Source: Squalus acanthias
Taxonomy: Eukaryota
DNA length: 64,000 nucleotides
Reading direction: 5' to 3'
NCBI GenBank assembly: GCA_030390025.1
Contig: CM059425.1
Span: 165,852,001-165,916,000 of the forward strand
The notes below the pieces were generated by a model that was given only the letters and a program-made list of their open reading frames with translations, made no database searches and was not told where the DNA came from. The position numbers were made by a program, and so were the translations under genes. Positions 23,786 to 37,760 of this stretch are shown here, in pieces; the first letter of the stretch is position 1, and each line of letters starts with the position of its first letter.

Positions 23786-26509
23786 TTGTAGGGAAATACG
23801 GAGAGGGGTGGCGATTTATGATCCATTGGCTGAGCACTGGCAAGTGTGGTAAGCAGGACAGGAAGGTGGTTGGTGATGTTATCCCGAGTGGGTGCACTGG
23901 GCACAAGGGTCGGTGAAAGAGAAGAATGGGGCAGTTAGGTTTGCTGCTTGTACGTATTTTCCTTAAAAGATGTTAATAGGCAGATCTTTTGTCTCACACC
24001 TATGTTAACCTGAGAAATATTATTCATGTTGCACTCATTACTGCTGAGCAGAGGAGGAAAACAAATATCAATTGGCTAACAGAAATCCAGCACTAACGGG
24101 GAAGCGATTTCAGTGTAAAAAAAATTGAGTTGTAGACACCGAAAATAGACAGGTTTGTTAGCATTTCTTTTAATTTCTACTTATAACTAGGGGATCTCTC
24201 GCAGCATTAGTTGAATTCCCAGTGTTATGTGCGTGTGTAAGGGGGGTATTTTGGACCTTTTGAGCGGCTTCAGTGTACGTGGAACTAGTACCTCACGGAA
24301 GGATGAATAAGGGACTGATTTGGATATATGATCCTGATGTAATGGTAGATTAGGTGTCTGTCGAATATAAAGTGCTTGTGGAAAAGAAAAAAATAATTTA
24401 AATGAGGAGTAGTCACTTTCCTGAAATAAGAAGTCATAGCACAAACGCTTCCAAGCTTGTTCCAAATGAGGTATACTGCTGTGAAGAAGATAAGGCAGTG
24501 AATTTATTAGAGATAGTTGTGCATCATTACCAACTATGCGAAAGAGCTTAGTTAACATGCATAGCTGAAGCTCAAACATCCACCCTGGCTTAGCAACTGT
24601 TTCTACTGATGATAATTCAGCCTCCACACAGTCAGGCTCAGCAATGCCTCACAGCCAGATCCCCCACTGACATCATGAGCACCCATTGTATGAACAAATT
24701 CAGTTCTTTGTAACTGATTGCCAGAGAAAATTCTGTTTCTCTATTTAAAGGAAGGATAGAATCCCAAGCTTGCTGATCCAGAAAGTGACTGCATTGTATC
24801 TAATGGAATGAGCTGACAAAGTAGTGAACCAGTGCCCGATCTCAGGTTGAACTCCAATCTAAACCTTTCCTACTGTGAATGCACTGTGTTGGCTTGTTTA
24901 GAGAATATTGTTAAGTATTATGACGATTAATCCATGGTTCAATGTGTTTCTTAAATTTTGACTTGCTAAAATACAGCATTAGAAAGTCACAGAAGTTTTG
25001 AAAATGTGATTTTAAAAAAATGTATGCCTTTTGAGGACAGGAAACAACACCCAAATGGATGAAAGTTGGAAACTAAGTTCCCACCATAGTTATGAATTTT
25101 TGTCGAAGAAAGGAAGGTCCAGTCAATGCAGAATGATCTCCAAAAGAGCTGTGTTGTCCTTCAAGTACTGAAGAAGTACATTTCACACTGCATGCCTCAA
25201 TGTAAAGCAGGAATTTTTAAAAATAGATTTGAAAGTAGCACCTGGTTTTCCTTTTTTTCCAATATATTTACATATTTAGCAGTAATTTTATTCAGTAATT
25301 CCATTGGAAGGATGATTTTTTGCATGTGTGATAGAGCTTCATAGAAGATCTCCTTGTTGCTAGCGGTTTTGAACTCCTGATTATTATTTTATACAATGTA
25401 ACTTTTATGTAGCAGTGTCTCATGCTGCAGCACATGCCTGCCGCAGGGAATTTCAATGATTTCACACAAAGAAAATACAGTGCATCTCCCTAGCAGTCTA
25501 ATAATTTTGTTAAAAGAGAGAAAGCATCATCCCTTTGACTTAATAAACTAATTAAATAACATGGAACAGCTTAAGACGAATGCTAGAAGTAATTAGTTCC
25601 AAGGAACTTCAATTGAGCAAATATTGTCTGCATACAGTACACTGAATAAGTGTGTTGTGTGTAGAAAATTAATTGATTCTGTATTTGGAAAAGGGATAAT
25701 TTCACAGCGATGTGTTTGTTCTGCAACCATAAATTGTTACGCACATACTGCGAATCGGGCTGTGTTTTAGTTCATGGGAATTAGAATCATAGAATGCTAC
25801 TGCACAGCAACAGGCCCACCAAATCTGCGCTGGTGTTTTGTTCCACATGATCTACGCAGTCTAATCCCACTCTCTTACTCGCTTCCCATACACTTTAATA
25901 TTCCTCTTTTTCAAACGGCTATCTAATTCCCTCTTAAATGAATTTATTCATTTGAGAATGGTTTGAGGCATTTTCGCATTCTAACTATCATCTATATGAA
26001 AAAAAGTCCTTGCCTTCCCTTTTAATTTTTTTATGATCATAAATTTGTCCTTTTCTCTCTGTTTTAACGATCATGGAGATATATCATCGTCAAAAGCAGT
26101 TTTTTATTTGGCAGTAGGCTATACCAAACTCTGGGGGTGGGGTAGCTGCACACGCACACACTGCAACAAATGGAGTACACTTGGCCAGCATGTCCAAAAA
26201 TACATGTGAGTGGTGGATGTGTATGTGTGTACATATGTACACCAATATTAATAGGTTGGCAGCAGCAATTAAGTTGTGCTTCTGTTGATGTCATAATGTA
26301 CACGACCAAAGCTGAAGAGGTTCATGAATATAATTAGAACCACAAGCTCAAATTTACTGGAATATTCTAGATGTGTCTGTTGATAATAAAGCTAAAAAAA
26401 AAACTTACTGCATGGTAGTCCATGGTAGCTATAATAGGTGGATTTAAACCATTTTATTTTTGTTACCCCCCCCCCCCCCCCCCAATGTAGCAGAACATTG
26501 GACTATATT

Positions 26510-27071
26510 GGCCCTGCAATTGTGGTGTCTGCGACATCGTACTCTGAGTCCGCCATCGTATTCCCTTTGAAAGGCCAGCGTAAGGGTATATATAAGGATT
26601 AAATAAAACATTTAAAAATCCAAAATTATGCACATACACTTTAAATGAGTTTATGCAAATATTTGCCTGGATTAAGATGTTTAAAATTATTTATCAAAAA
26701 ATAAATTTTTATTGAGGTTGGTGCAATGAAGGAACTTATGAATAAAATTGCAATTCAGTACATCGTATAATTATTAGAATTCTGTAAATTGTGTAATTAT
26801 TTGGGGATTCCATTACATATCATTAGGGGATTCCCTTTGTAAATGTTTGTAATGGAATTCTCCTTTGTCATTGGAGGACCGGCCCACGTGATCCCAAGGA
26901 CGCTTCCGAACTGCCTGCATCCCTGGGACCCGTGGGCCTTTACGCTGCCGTCCGCCTGGATGCCTGAGACCGCAACTCTTTGCAGCCTGCGCGCCAGGAG
27001 GTACTTTCGGAATTGTTTTGCAGGTCAGAGGCGTACTCTGGAGGTACACCTCTGACCGCAATTTGTAGGCC
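26510..27071. mobile_element. Harbinger-type MITE
   Basis: Imperfect TIR GGCCCTGCAATTGTGG / CCGCAATTTGTAGGCC; internal similarity (inverted) to 40417-40872. Confidence 0.65.
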
Positions 27072-28692
27072 ATATATACAGTATTAAAGCTTTATAATTT
27101 GTGAAAACTAATATGGATGCCGAGTCAACTATATCTTTGGTAATAGCCTTATATAAATAGACTTGATTTCCTTTTCCCCTCCCCCAGTAAGGTCTGGTAA
27201 TTGAAGTTACAGTTCTTCAAACAACTTCTTTGTATGAGTTATATTATAATGCACAATGCAGTGATATCTGCACTAAGTTAGAATTTATCTAAAAGTAAAA
27301 TTCATTTTCTATTACACATTTATCATACTGCAGAAAAATGGATCTAGAGATAAGTAAAATGTGTTGGAACATTTTATTGAGGGATGCACTAGATTTTGGA
27401 CACCATATCAACAACTCTAGCGAATTGACTGTTAATCTTTGAGACGTTAGATGGTAACTTGTTTCTAGTTTGTAGTATTTTGGACTCTATATTCACAACT
27501 GCACCCATCCCCCAACATTTACTGAATGCTTCTGTCAACAATATTAGCCTCTGCTGTCTTTTGACTCGCTGATACTGTAAATGGATTCTAAAGCCCACAC
27601 ACTCTCACTCAGCATTAATAGTGCTACCAAAGTGTGAACAATATTCACGAACACTAACCTTGGTTTTACAAAATATTTTCCATACTAGTTAATGATCTGT
27701 AACATTGCTTACAAACAAAAATATTAAACATAGCACTAAAATCATCTCTCATTATCCTCTTTTTCTATTTTGTGTGCTCTCTGTATCAATTTTAATTTTT
27801 AATTTGTTCTTTTCTAGTATTTTGCTTGCAATCCCCAGTTTACTTTTGTACTCCGTATAATTATCTTGTGTGATTCCTTCTATTGCTTTCAGTGTTTACT
27901 TGTGCTTTCAAATTATATGCTCCTTAACAGCATAAATTGTGATTAAAAAAAAAAAGTAAAGTAATTAACAGGTCTGTTAAAGGAGAGGAGGCAGTGAGTT
28001 GTGATGTTGGGGTGTGTGTAGGGCTAGGAGGGAAAGAAAGGACCACGTTAGTTAAGTTTCTGGTTGTGCTGGGACCTGAGACTGGAGTACGGCTGAGTTG
28101 GATAGCAGAGGGCCCAGGGGGTGAGGGAAGGAGGAGGCCAGCACATATGGAAATAGGGAAATTATATCCTAGAAGGAGGTCATTTGGATGATCTTATCTG
28201 TGGCAGTACTAGTTCTTGAACTGGAACTGTCTAATCCCATTTCCTTGCTCTTCCCCATATGCTTTTATATTCTTCCTTTTCAAATACTTGTCCAATTCCC
28301 TTTTAAATTATGCTAAGTGTCTGCCTCAGTTGCCACTTATGGCAAAGCTATCCATATTTTAATAACACTGAAAAAAATCCCTAAAACTTCTTTCATTCTT
28401 CTAGTGTTAATCCTCAGTTTAAGCCCTGCTACAGATTTTTCAACTGGTTGTTTATCCTGTCACAACCTTTCATAATTTTGAAAACCTTTTAACTCCCCAT
28501 TAACCTTACCTGTTCTAGTGGAACAAGCCCTAGTTTTTTGAGCCTTTGTTTGTAGCAATACTCTCTCATTCTTGATATATCAGGAAAGAGAGTGAGGCTT
28601 ATGGTGGTGGGACTAGAGTGAATTCAGCAGATGACAGACTCGACACACCTGAGAAACATAAAACATTTTATTATAAAGATTAAAATTCCTTT

Positions 28693-29010
28693 GGAGCTCT
28701 CCCAGTGGCTCAGTGGGTAGACACAATGGCTACTGTGGTACTCAACCATGAAGACATGTTTGATCCTTAGGATATGTTGAGCTGGCAGCAGTGCGACATT
28801 ACAATTGGCCTCAGCGTCCCTGAGCCATAAAAGGAGAAAATCAGCCTACGTTTCTGTTCTTCATTGTTATCCTCTGTGTCCGTGAATTCTAGGGAGATAC
28901 TCGTATCTAGGCTCACATATAATGAATGGCAATTTGAATGAGGTACCAGAGGGCTGCTGACACCCATGGAACTGGACCCCAGCATCAGTCAGTGCCTTCA
29001 GGAGTAAAAG
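28693..29010 (+). mobile_element. SINE family X (tRNA-headed, unassigned)
   Basis: A-box-like GTGGCTCAGTGG; shared body ACAATTGGCCTCAGCGTCCCTG...GAATGGC...GAGGTACC...GCCTTCAGGAG. Confidence 0.6.
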
Positions 29011-29322
29011 TGAAAACATTGGGTAAAAAAAACCTTTCAAATGTTTAAGCACTGAGTGAAAGAAAAAGAGAGAAAGAAAAGAACTTGCATTTATCTAGCT
29101 CCTTTCATGACCACATGATTCAGTACCTCACTGCCACTTTCATTCTACTTGATACTCTTTATCTAGTTTCTCAGATCCTATATCCCTGCTGAGGCTCATA
29201 ATCTGACAACTTTTTAGATTGCCATGAAAAGTCTTACCAAGACAAAGAGCGTGCCAGAAGATTCTGCAAAGAGTATTGGAGGACCAGTTATATCCTTTAA
29301 GGCAATTTAATAACCTAGTAAC

Positions 29323-29432
29323 CAACATTCCCTATAAGCTATGCAGCCCGGGACATGCTTTTTCAATGCTAATTTTGCACATGCGCGAAACTGAATGGGC
29401 AACGCACCCAAAAAGGATAAGAGGGAACATTG
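29323..29432. mobile_element. hAT-type MITE (short)
   Basis: TIR CAACATTCCCT / AGGGAACATTG; TSD CTAGTAAC / ATAGTAAC. Confidence 0.75.
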
Positions 29433-31051
29433 ATAGTAACACTTGCATTTACATAGTGCCTTAGCATAGCTACAAAGTCACCATCTGGTTCAATCCAGGG
29501 ACACGTCCATGAATGTTATCAGCCCTCCCATTGGTCACCCTACCGAAAATGCACTTTGAATGGTGTGAACAGAGTCTATCTAACCAGTTTTCACTCTCTC
29601 TAGATGATGAACTCTGGGGGAAATTAAACTCTGAATGCAATTATCACTACTGTGGTTTGAGATTGAATCCAGTCATCTAGCATTGTAATAACTGCACTGC
29701 CACTAAAACCTGTGTTTATTTTACAGTTTAGTAAGCTAAAATAAATATTATAATAAAGTAATGAAAAAGGAAGCAGATTAGCAAAATATCTGTTACTTGT
29801 TTTGGGATTTGTAGATTTACAAATCCCAGCCCTTCCTCTAGTTCTTACATCTCAATCCCTAGACAGTGAACACTTAGAATTTACCCATTACTAATGATCA
29901 CTGTGAATGTTGCATGAATAATCTTCTGTCAACGGGCATTGCTTCAAATGTAACCTCTTAAAGAAACTAAAGTAGGCCATTGCTTGGCCTTGCACCAGAA
30001 CTATATGTACAATCTGAGGGCTTGGTTAGTTTTGGAATGGATAAGCAGATCTAATGGGACAGTGTCTATGATAATATTGGAGAGCTAATTTCTGTCAGCA
30101 ATGTCTCCAATCTGACAGTATTGTACAAGATATATGTTAGAAAGTGTATCCCATAATGCAAGAACCTCTTTCACAAAATGCTTTTGTTGTGTCCACAAAC
30201 ACAAAGGTGCCATGTAGGTGTAATGAAAGGATCTTGTTACAGTCTTGGTTATGTTTATTGAGATCTGGTTATTTTTGGGAGAAAGTTAGTCACGCAGGAT
30301 TTCTCAAGATAGAGCAATCCAGTTAAGTAACAGGAAGGGATTGAGGGAACCACAAAATAACCAAAAGAAAGTAAATCTTTTTATGGTTATGCTAATAGAA
30401 CATAATTTCTCACTCTCTGCTCTCTCCCTTTCTCTCTGTGCACAATCATATTGTCTGATGATGATAATTGTGGGTACGGCATCATTTCCTTTGACAGTGA
30501 TGAGGAAATTTTCTGATGGGTGATCATTTGGTGCAAGTACATAAGGTGCTCGCATTAAATTCATCCCAGCATTATTTTAAGGGGAGCATTAACCCATTTA
30601 AAATAATAAAGATCAGCCATTGGAATTTTTTTTCAACATTTGTCATTTCTAAATTAATAAAGTCTGATCCTTTTATCGCAAGGTAAATTCAAATTAAAGA
30701 AGGCCCTGTTATGTTTTTGGGCCTCGATGTTTTTCTGGGTTCAGTATCTGAGATCACTCCTGTAGGCGAGCCCTTGTTCCTTATGACCTGTCCAACAACT
30801 AGGTGATGTGTAGCAAACACAGGATTCAGAGAACATTTTTCACTGTATTTTGCCATCCTAAGTCCCCAGGCAGAAGTTGGGTACTTTTCTGAGTGCATGT
30901 TGGTGATGGGGAAGCTCGCACATCGCAAGGGCATATTAGAAAATCATGGACATGCCACCTGCAATGTAAATCAAATGGATGCCAATGCACCTGCAATTTT
31001 TTTGATATGCGCCGGCTTTCGAGGATTTTATTTATGATTAGATGTCCTATC

Positions 31052-31215
31052 CAATGTTCCCTTTAAGCCGCCCCGGCCGCGCAGCACTCCAGGGGTCCGC
31101 GCAGCCGGTGAGCCGGCTTTTAAATTGAAAAAACGGCGCATGACCAGACTTTTGAATGGCCGCGCAGCCTGTTAAAGGGGCCACACGGCCCAAAAATAAT
31201 TTACAGGGAACATTG
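31052..31215. mobile_element. hAT-type MITE, same family as 20946 in opposite orientation
   Basis: TIR CAATGTTCCCT / AGGGAACATTG; TSD GTCCTATC / GTTCTATC. Confidence 0.88.
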
Positions 31216-31361
31216 GTTCTATCTATTCCTCAAAATCATTAAGGTTTTTGAAACATTGAGATCAAGCATCATAGATTTATTAAGCCTACAGTACAAAGAT
31301 AATACCAACATATGATGGTTGGGGACTCAAACACTTACAGTTCTGAGCTCAGTAAAAAGAA

Positions 31362-31470
31362 AGACTTGCCTTTACATAGCGCCTTTCATGACCTCAGGAC
31401 GTCCCAAAGCGCTTTACAGCCAATGAAATATACTTCAAAAATAGTCACTGTTGTAATGTAGGAAACATGC
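31362..31470 (-). mobile_element. Deu-SINE 3' fragment
   Basis: GACTTGCCTTTACATAGCGCCTTTCATGACCTCAGGACGTCCCAAAGCGC matches the copy at 13349. Confidence 0.75.
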
Positions 31471-33151
31471 ATAGGTTGATCAAACCTTTTGCGAATCCAA
31501 ATCCTGACTACAAACTGCCACTTTTTATACATTTCTCTCACCCGACTACCTGGTAATCCGTACGTTTCTATATTACATGGTTACATCAAAAGGTATCATT
31601 GAATATGTATCATTCAACACTTTTGATTATGTTGTGTCATTGCAGCTACAGATCCATGCTACAATGATTGACATGGGTGAAAATAGCTCAACCTTCAAAA
31701 ATATCTCTGTATCCCAATTCTCTTAACTTGACTATAGAAAACACATTCCCTAACTTTCCAGTTCCAGGCTGTGGTCTTTCTCAGGCAGATGCTTATCTTA
31801 AGTAAAGCTTCATGGCCTTCCTTCTAATGAATGAAATCTCTCTCTCTCTCTCCTGTCTTTGGTACAAATTGAGCTTTCTTGTCTCCTATTAACTTTTTTC
31901 ATTAAGCAAGAGGTTACTACCTTAGAATTGCAGTATACTTGTAACTATTTTAAGATACTACAATTTAAAAATCATACTTCCCTACATAACAAACAAATGC
32001 TAAAAGCTAACATTACTACAATATAATGAAAATCAATAGCAGTATTGCATTAGCAGACTTCAAGTCAGTCTGATTAACCCTTTCCTTACACCGGCACTGG
32101 GCAAGATTTTCTACCAGCAGCATGCACTCGGGAAAAAAAAAACCTCTCAAATTTAGCATAAACTGGAGGGAACGTGTACCACTCAGTTTTTTGGGGTCTA
32201 CAGCGGCCTAACCAGCGGTCCTTTAAAGGGATCACTAGAGGCGGCTGACCAAAAGATAAGTTAACTTCCTCTTACTTAATGTGGAGCCAGGAGGGCTGGC
32301 CAAGGCTCCCTCCCGTCCGGTTCACATCCCACACCCCTCCCAGGACCTTCCTGCAGGACTGCTCGATGTACTCCGATTTCTTGGCCAAGAACTGTTTTCT
32401 GAGACTATTGTATCAAAGCAAATTGGACTCTTTTCTGTGAATTAACATGATTTTATCTCTGACATTATAGACAAAAGTGTTTAATTTTGACACTGGCTTT
32501 TTAGACCATCTTTCCAGAACACCAACTTTACTGTCTTGCCTTTGTAGCGTCTAGATGTTTCTTAAATGATCCAAGTGTGCAGGATTAAAATCGCTCCAAA
32601 AGTCATTCTTGGAAGAGAAGTGGCAATAAGTCAAATAGTACAAAGAAAAAATAAAAAAACTGCAATGCCAGAAATCTGAAACAAAAACATAAAATGCACA
32701 GTACAGCAATCAATACCTGAAGGGAAAAGGTAAGTTAAGGGGTGATTTTAACCCTGCATGCCATTGGTTTTGGATGGGCAACTGATCAGGAGCATGCAAA
32801 TGAGGCCCAGGAGTTAAAATTTCCCAGGCCTCACGTTGCCGAGGCGATGGAAAATCTGCGAGTTTCTATTGGTGCCCCTGTATAATTTCTCCAAAGTCGT
32901 TGTACCCAGCAACTGTTAGATTCAGAAGGCCAAGCATCCGAGGCTGGTCCCAGCAACTTAGTTATATTTTTTAAAGATTTTAAATAAATATTTTTTCTTT
33001 TGTTTGAAAAGCATGTTTTAATACAACAATGATATAGGCTGATCCATTCTCATGTGATAAGAGTTATCCACGTGCCAGTTCTCATCCAATTAAACAGCAG
33101 TGTTTCAGTGGCATTTGGGTTTTTACTTCTAGGCAAGACATAAAAGACAAT

Positions 33152-33894
33152 GGCCCAGAAATTAAAGATGGAGCCTTCGTGCGGGGGTAAGGCTTCCCCG
33201 CGATATCTCACTGCGCGCCTGCCTTTTCATTCCGAGCTCGCACGAACTTGATTTTCTAGACAGCAGCTGTGCAGTGCTTCCGTATCCCACAGGCGCAGTT
33301 AATTCGTGCGAGCTGTGGGATCACGTGATTCAGTTAGAGCCAATGGCAGCACACCATCTTTCATTCATAGTTTTCACAGCAAGTGCTGTGAAAGCTATGA
33401 ATCTATACCCCCTCAAAAGAACAGGTAAACCTCAATTAAATTTTTTTAAAAACCATCACATTAATAAAATAAGTATAGTTAAATAAATTAACCACTTTAA
33501 ACAAAAAATTAAATTTTTGAAAAAATTTAAAATCTTTTAAAAAGTTATAAAAATAAACTTACCTTTCTTTAAAGTCTCTAAAAAAGATATACCTGTTGAA
33601 AAAAATTCAAAATAATACTTAATTAACTACTTACCTTGTTAAAAGAGGGTCTTACGCCTCCTTTCTTTATGTGCAAAATCTTCCATGCTTACCTGCGCGT
33701 TCAAAGCACTAAGTGCACTGCGTGCGCGCAGCCTGTAGCGCGCACGCGGTTCGCCTAGGAACCGCCCCCTTTTGAAATCACCAAGTGCCGGTTTTCAGCG
33801 CATGCGCAGTGCATGCAGAAAACCGGCAATTGGAGACAGAATACGCGAGAGTACACAGTGCGTACTCTCGCGTAGAGACACTAATTTTTGGGCC
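33152..33894. mobile_element. Harbinger-type MITE
   Basis: TIR GGCCCAGAAATTA / TAATTTTTGGGCC; flanks AAT / ATT; subterminal hairpins. Confidence 0.78.
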
Positions 33895-34215
33895 ATTGAG
33901 TAAACACTCATGAAATCCTTCTTTCTCTCTCTCTTTGCAAAATTTGTTGAAAGCATATATTGCCTATCTAGAATATTGCTGGTCTGATTTGAAGCTTAAA
34001 CTAACAGGAGCCTGAGTGAATGAGAAAGAATGCCATTAATAACAAAAATTTTAAAACTCTATGGTCAAAAATTGCTAAGACAGGCTGTATAAACATTTCC
34101 AGGAAGAAAAATAAAGTTACTGTTGACCTTGCACATACTAATGTGGCTACTTTTTACCCAAATACAGGTACATGCTGTACAATGAATGTCACTTTAGCTT
34201 TACCATAGGAGCAAG

Positions 34216-34660
34216 CAATGACTCCAACTGTACAACCCAAACAACAATCCAACCATACAGTCCAAACAATGAAGCCTACCATAATCCTGACAATACAATA
34301 GAAATCATGATCCCTACTGTGCAACCCAAATGTTCCTAACGGTACAAATCAAACAATGTACATAGCAAATAATTATCCCAGTAGTACTATCCAAACAACA
34401 GTCCCAGCAATACATAGAAATCATGATCCAAAAAGTACCATCTGAAAAAATTATCTTAACTGTGTGATCCAAACAATGATCCTAACTGTACAATCCAAAG
34501 AATCATCCTAACCTTGTACCCCAATCAGCTCAATTGTACAAACCAATGATCCCAACCATGCAAAGCAGACAATGATCCTAACAGTATGATCCAAGCAGTG
34601 ATCCCAGTGGTACAATCCAATAATCCTGACTACAATCCAAACAATGATCTCAACTGTACA
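34216..34660. repeat. Degenerate ~26-bp tandem repeat
   Basis: Consensus approximately AATGATCCTAACTGTACAATCCAAAC, roughly 17 diverged units by eye. Confidence 0.75.
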
Positions 34661-34666
34661 TCTGTA

Positions 34667-35138
34667 GATTGATTCCTGGGATGAGAGGGCTGTCCTATGA
34701 GGAGAGATTGAGTAGATTGGGCCTATGCTGTCTGGAGTTTAGAAGAATGAGAGGTGACCTCATTGAAACATACAAGATTCTGAGGGGAATTGATAGGATA
34801 GATGCTGAGAGATTGTTTCCCCTGGCTGGAGAGTCTAGAACTAGGGGACATAATCTCAGAATAAGGGGTTGGCCATTTAGGACTGAGATGAGACATTTCT
34901 TCACTCAGAGGGTTGTGAATCTTTGGAATTCTCTGCCCCAAAGGGTTGTGGATGCTGAGTCGTTGAGTATATTTAAGGTTGAGATCGATAAATTTTTGGA
35001 CTCTAAGGAAATCAAGGGATATGGGGATCGGGCAGGAAAGTGGAGTTGAGGTCGATGATCAGCCATGATCTTATTGAATGGTGGAGCAGGCTCGAGAGGC
35101 CGTATGGCCTACTCCTGCTCCTATTTCTTATGTTCTTA
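34667..35138 (+). mobile_element. CR1 (HER1-like) 3' fragment
   Basis: IPGMRGLSYEERL...RGDLIETYKI...QRVVNLWNSLP followed by the HER1-type tail. Confidence 0.92.
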
Positions 35139-36629
35139 TCCCACAATTTCCATTCTTGATTAATAAAACAGATTATCATCCCCACTCCTCTCCCCTTCCA
35201 ATATATTCTCTCCCCCAACCTCCCTTTGCATTCTCTTCCGCTTGCCTTGCATTTTCTCACCCCACCCCTTTATTTTGCATTCTCCCTGCTCTGCCTTGCG
35301 TTCTCTCCACACACACCTCCCCTTTCACCCATCCTTTACATTCTCTCCCTTTACCCTTCCTTTACGTTCTCTCCCTTCCCTACTCCTACAAGTCTTTTGG
35401 CTAATGCAGCAGACAAGCCGTGCTTCCCACACTTCTGGTCCCAATTGCTGTCTCTGTATACCGTAGACTGGAACACCCATTCTGCCTCCAGTATACAAAG
35501 GTGGATAACATGGCTAGCAGCGTTGAAAAAATGTGAAGAGGTGGAATGGAGGGCATTAGTCACTGCACTGGAGAGCAGTGGGATGAGAGTGCTGAGGGTG
35601 GCCCAGTTTCACTGATTTGTGTCATCAAACACTGATACGGTAACTGGGCCCCCAAACACTGATGTTGGCATGCAGTGCTGACCGCTGGCATGTATTCTTT
35701 GGCTTCTCTATCTTCATTCCTATTGAAGAATTCAGAGAACTTCCAGATTGAATTTTTTCGTTGGTAATATATTCTATCTGATCTGAGAACTGGTGTCCAG
35801 TTTCCAGTCCAGGTGTATGGTGAATGAATCATAACAGGGGCGGAGGGGGCGATGTCTTTGGGCATTCATTCCCCACTCTTGCTTTACAACTTACTACACC
35901 TGGAAAAACAGCTTTTTAGATGTTATATAGTGTGCAGTTAACGACTGTCGAACCAAAATGAGAGGAAACCAGTTTCATTGTTGGGCATTCTACACTGCAG
36001 CACCTTCCAGAAGCCACAGCAGTATGTATACAAAGCGAACACTAAAACAAGTCCCAGTTTTTGTAATTTCAACATTATAAGAAATTGCTTCAACATAAAA
36101 AGCAGTTTAATTGAGACCTGTCTGTTCAGTTGTTGTGCTTGTGTGTTGCCTGGGCTTTCTGAGCGTTGATGTGTTGTGTACGCAATATTTTATTAATAAA
36201 ACATTATGCAGTATTGATGAAACAGTGAAGTAACCAAGCAGTGAATCTTAAAGAACTATTTCCAATATAGGAACTGTCTGTCAATTTGGCTTCATGCGAT
36301 ATTGATGTGACTGTCACCTTTTGATTATTAAGCTGACTTTGAAGTTTTGAACCCAATATAAAAGAATGATGATACCACATTCAGTCAGTAATGAGTTAGC
36401 TACTGTGTTTCTGAACTGTGCGATCCTTTCTGAATGAAATATGCTCTTTGACCTTTAGGTTATAAGGATAGCATGGATTTTTTTGGGATAGCTGAAAAAA
36501 ACTGACTAATTCATACGTTGTGGTGAATTATCAGGTTTCCAGTTAGTTGGACTGTGCTTCTTGTGGATTTTTTTTTTGTCGCCAACTTGCAGCAGGAGCA
36601 AAATAACCAAAGTTTGTCCTCCGTGCTGT

Positions 36630-37375
36630 AATTCTTAGACATACAGGTCAGCAGGGTCCCAGATGAATTAACTGGTCTCAGCTAAGGTATCCCTAGAACT
36701 ATATAATTGGCCATAGCATCCCTGGACTATGAAGGGTGAAATGAACCCTGGTTCCTGCCCCCGAGCAACTGCTCAGTGATCCCTGCTGTAAAGTACACTC
36801 GTGCGAACACCTGATGGAAACCAGATCAGGATTGGTTGTGATGCCCCCATGACTAAATAGTACGCTGACACTTATGGGCTGATATTAAGGTCCGTGCGCA
36901 GCGTTGGCAGATCTGTGCATGAAAGAGCTGATCTCGCCAGTTAATGTGAGGTCAGGTCTTTTGAATAAACTTCTGGCGCTCCAACAGCCATTGCAAAGCT
37001 GGTGGCTTCCTGCTCGGCACCGGTGTGAGGGGCGTGGTACTGAGCAGGTGTGCCAGAGTTTTTAAAACTCCCCTTCAGCACCCATTCTAAATGACCAGAG
37101 TGCGGTTGAAGAACTGCACAGGGACTTCAGTCAGGTTCTTGGCTGGCCCCCTAATTTTAATATTTTGCACCGGCCTAATGAGCCTTATGCACCGGCTCTC
37201 TGTGCTCTTCACACTGGAGACCCACATTAGGTGCCTCGGGCCTGTCAGATTATTGGCCCCTTACTGACCCGGCTCAGACATTTAGAATGGCTACTTTGGT
37301 GAAGTACAGGGGGATTCCGATGCCTATGGAGCCAGACTCCAGTGTGGATCATCACTGTCAGTGAGGGGAGCAGAA
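36630..37375 (+). mobile_element. SINE family X interrupted by a MITE
   Basis: Body resembles 50745-51110 and is split at CTGACAC-TTA-CTGACCC. Confidence 0.6.
36875..37260. mobile_element. Harbinger-type MITE with TTA target duplication
   Basis: TTA|TGGGCTGATATT ... TTATTGGCCCC|TTA; the host SINE is continuous across it. Confidence 0.72.
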
Positions 37376-37760
37376 AATTGGAGACAAGTAACTAAAGTCT
37401 TCCTTGCGATAAAAGTGCAGCCACAACCACAGTATAACTTTTTAATATAATGCTCTCACGGCAATTTTATAATTTTTGGCCTTGCTACTGTTCTGTTCAT
37501 GCCTGGGGAGGCGGGGGGGGGTGGGAAATCAAAATGACTGTCAACTGCATTCAAAGGAGAAATCACAAATTGTAATTTAGAAATATTCTAGATTATGGTA
37601 TACAGTGATATTCAAAATAATTGGCGGCAGCATGTATAATATAACCACTCCATTTCTCATTGAGAGATGCCTTTCTAATATTGCTAGTGTATCCCTCACT
37701 CTGTGCATGAAAGAGCTGACCTCGCCAGTTAATGTGAGGTTAGGTCTCTCATTAGTGTAT

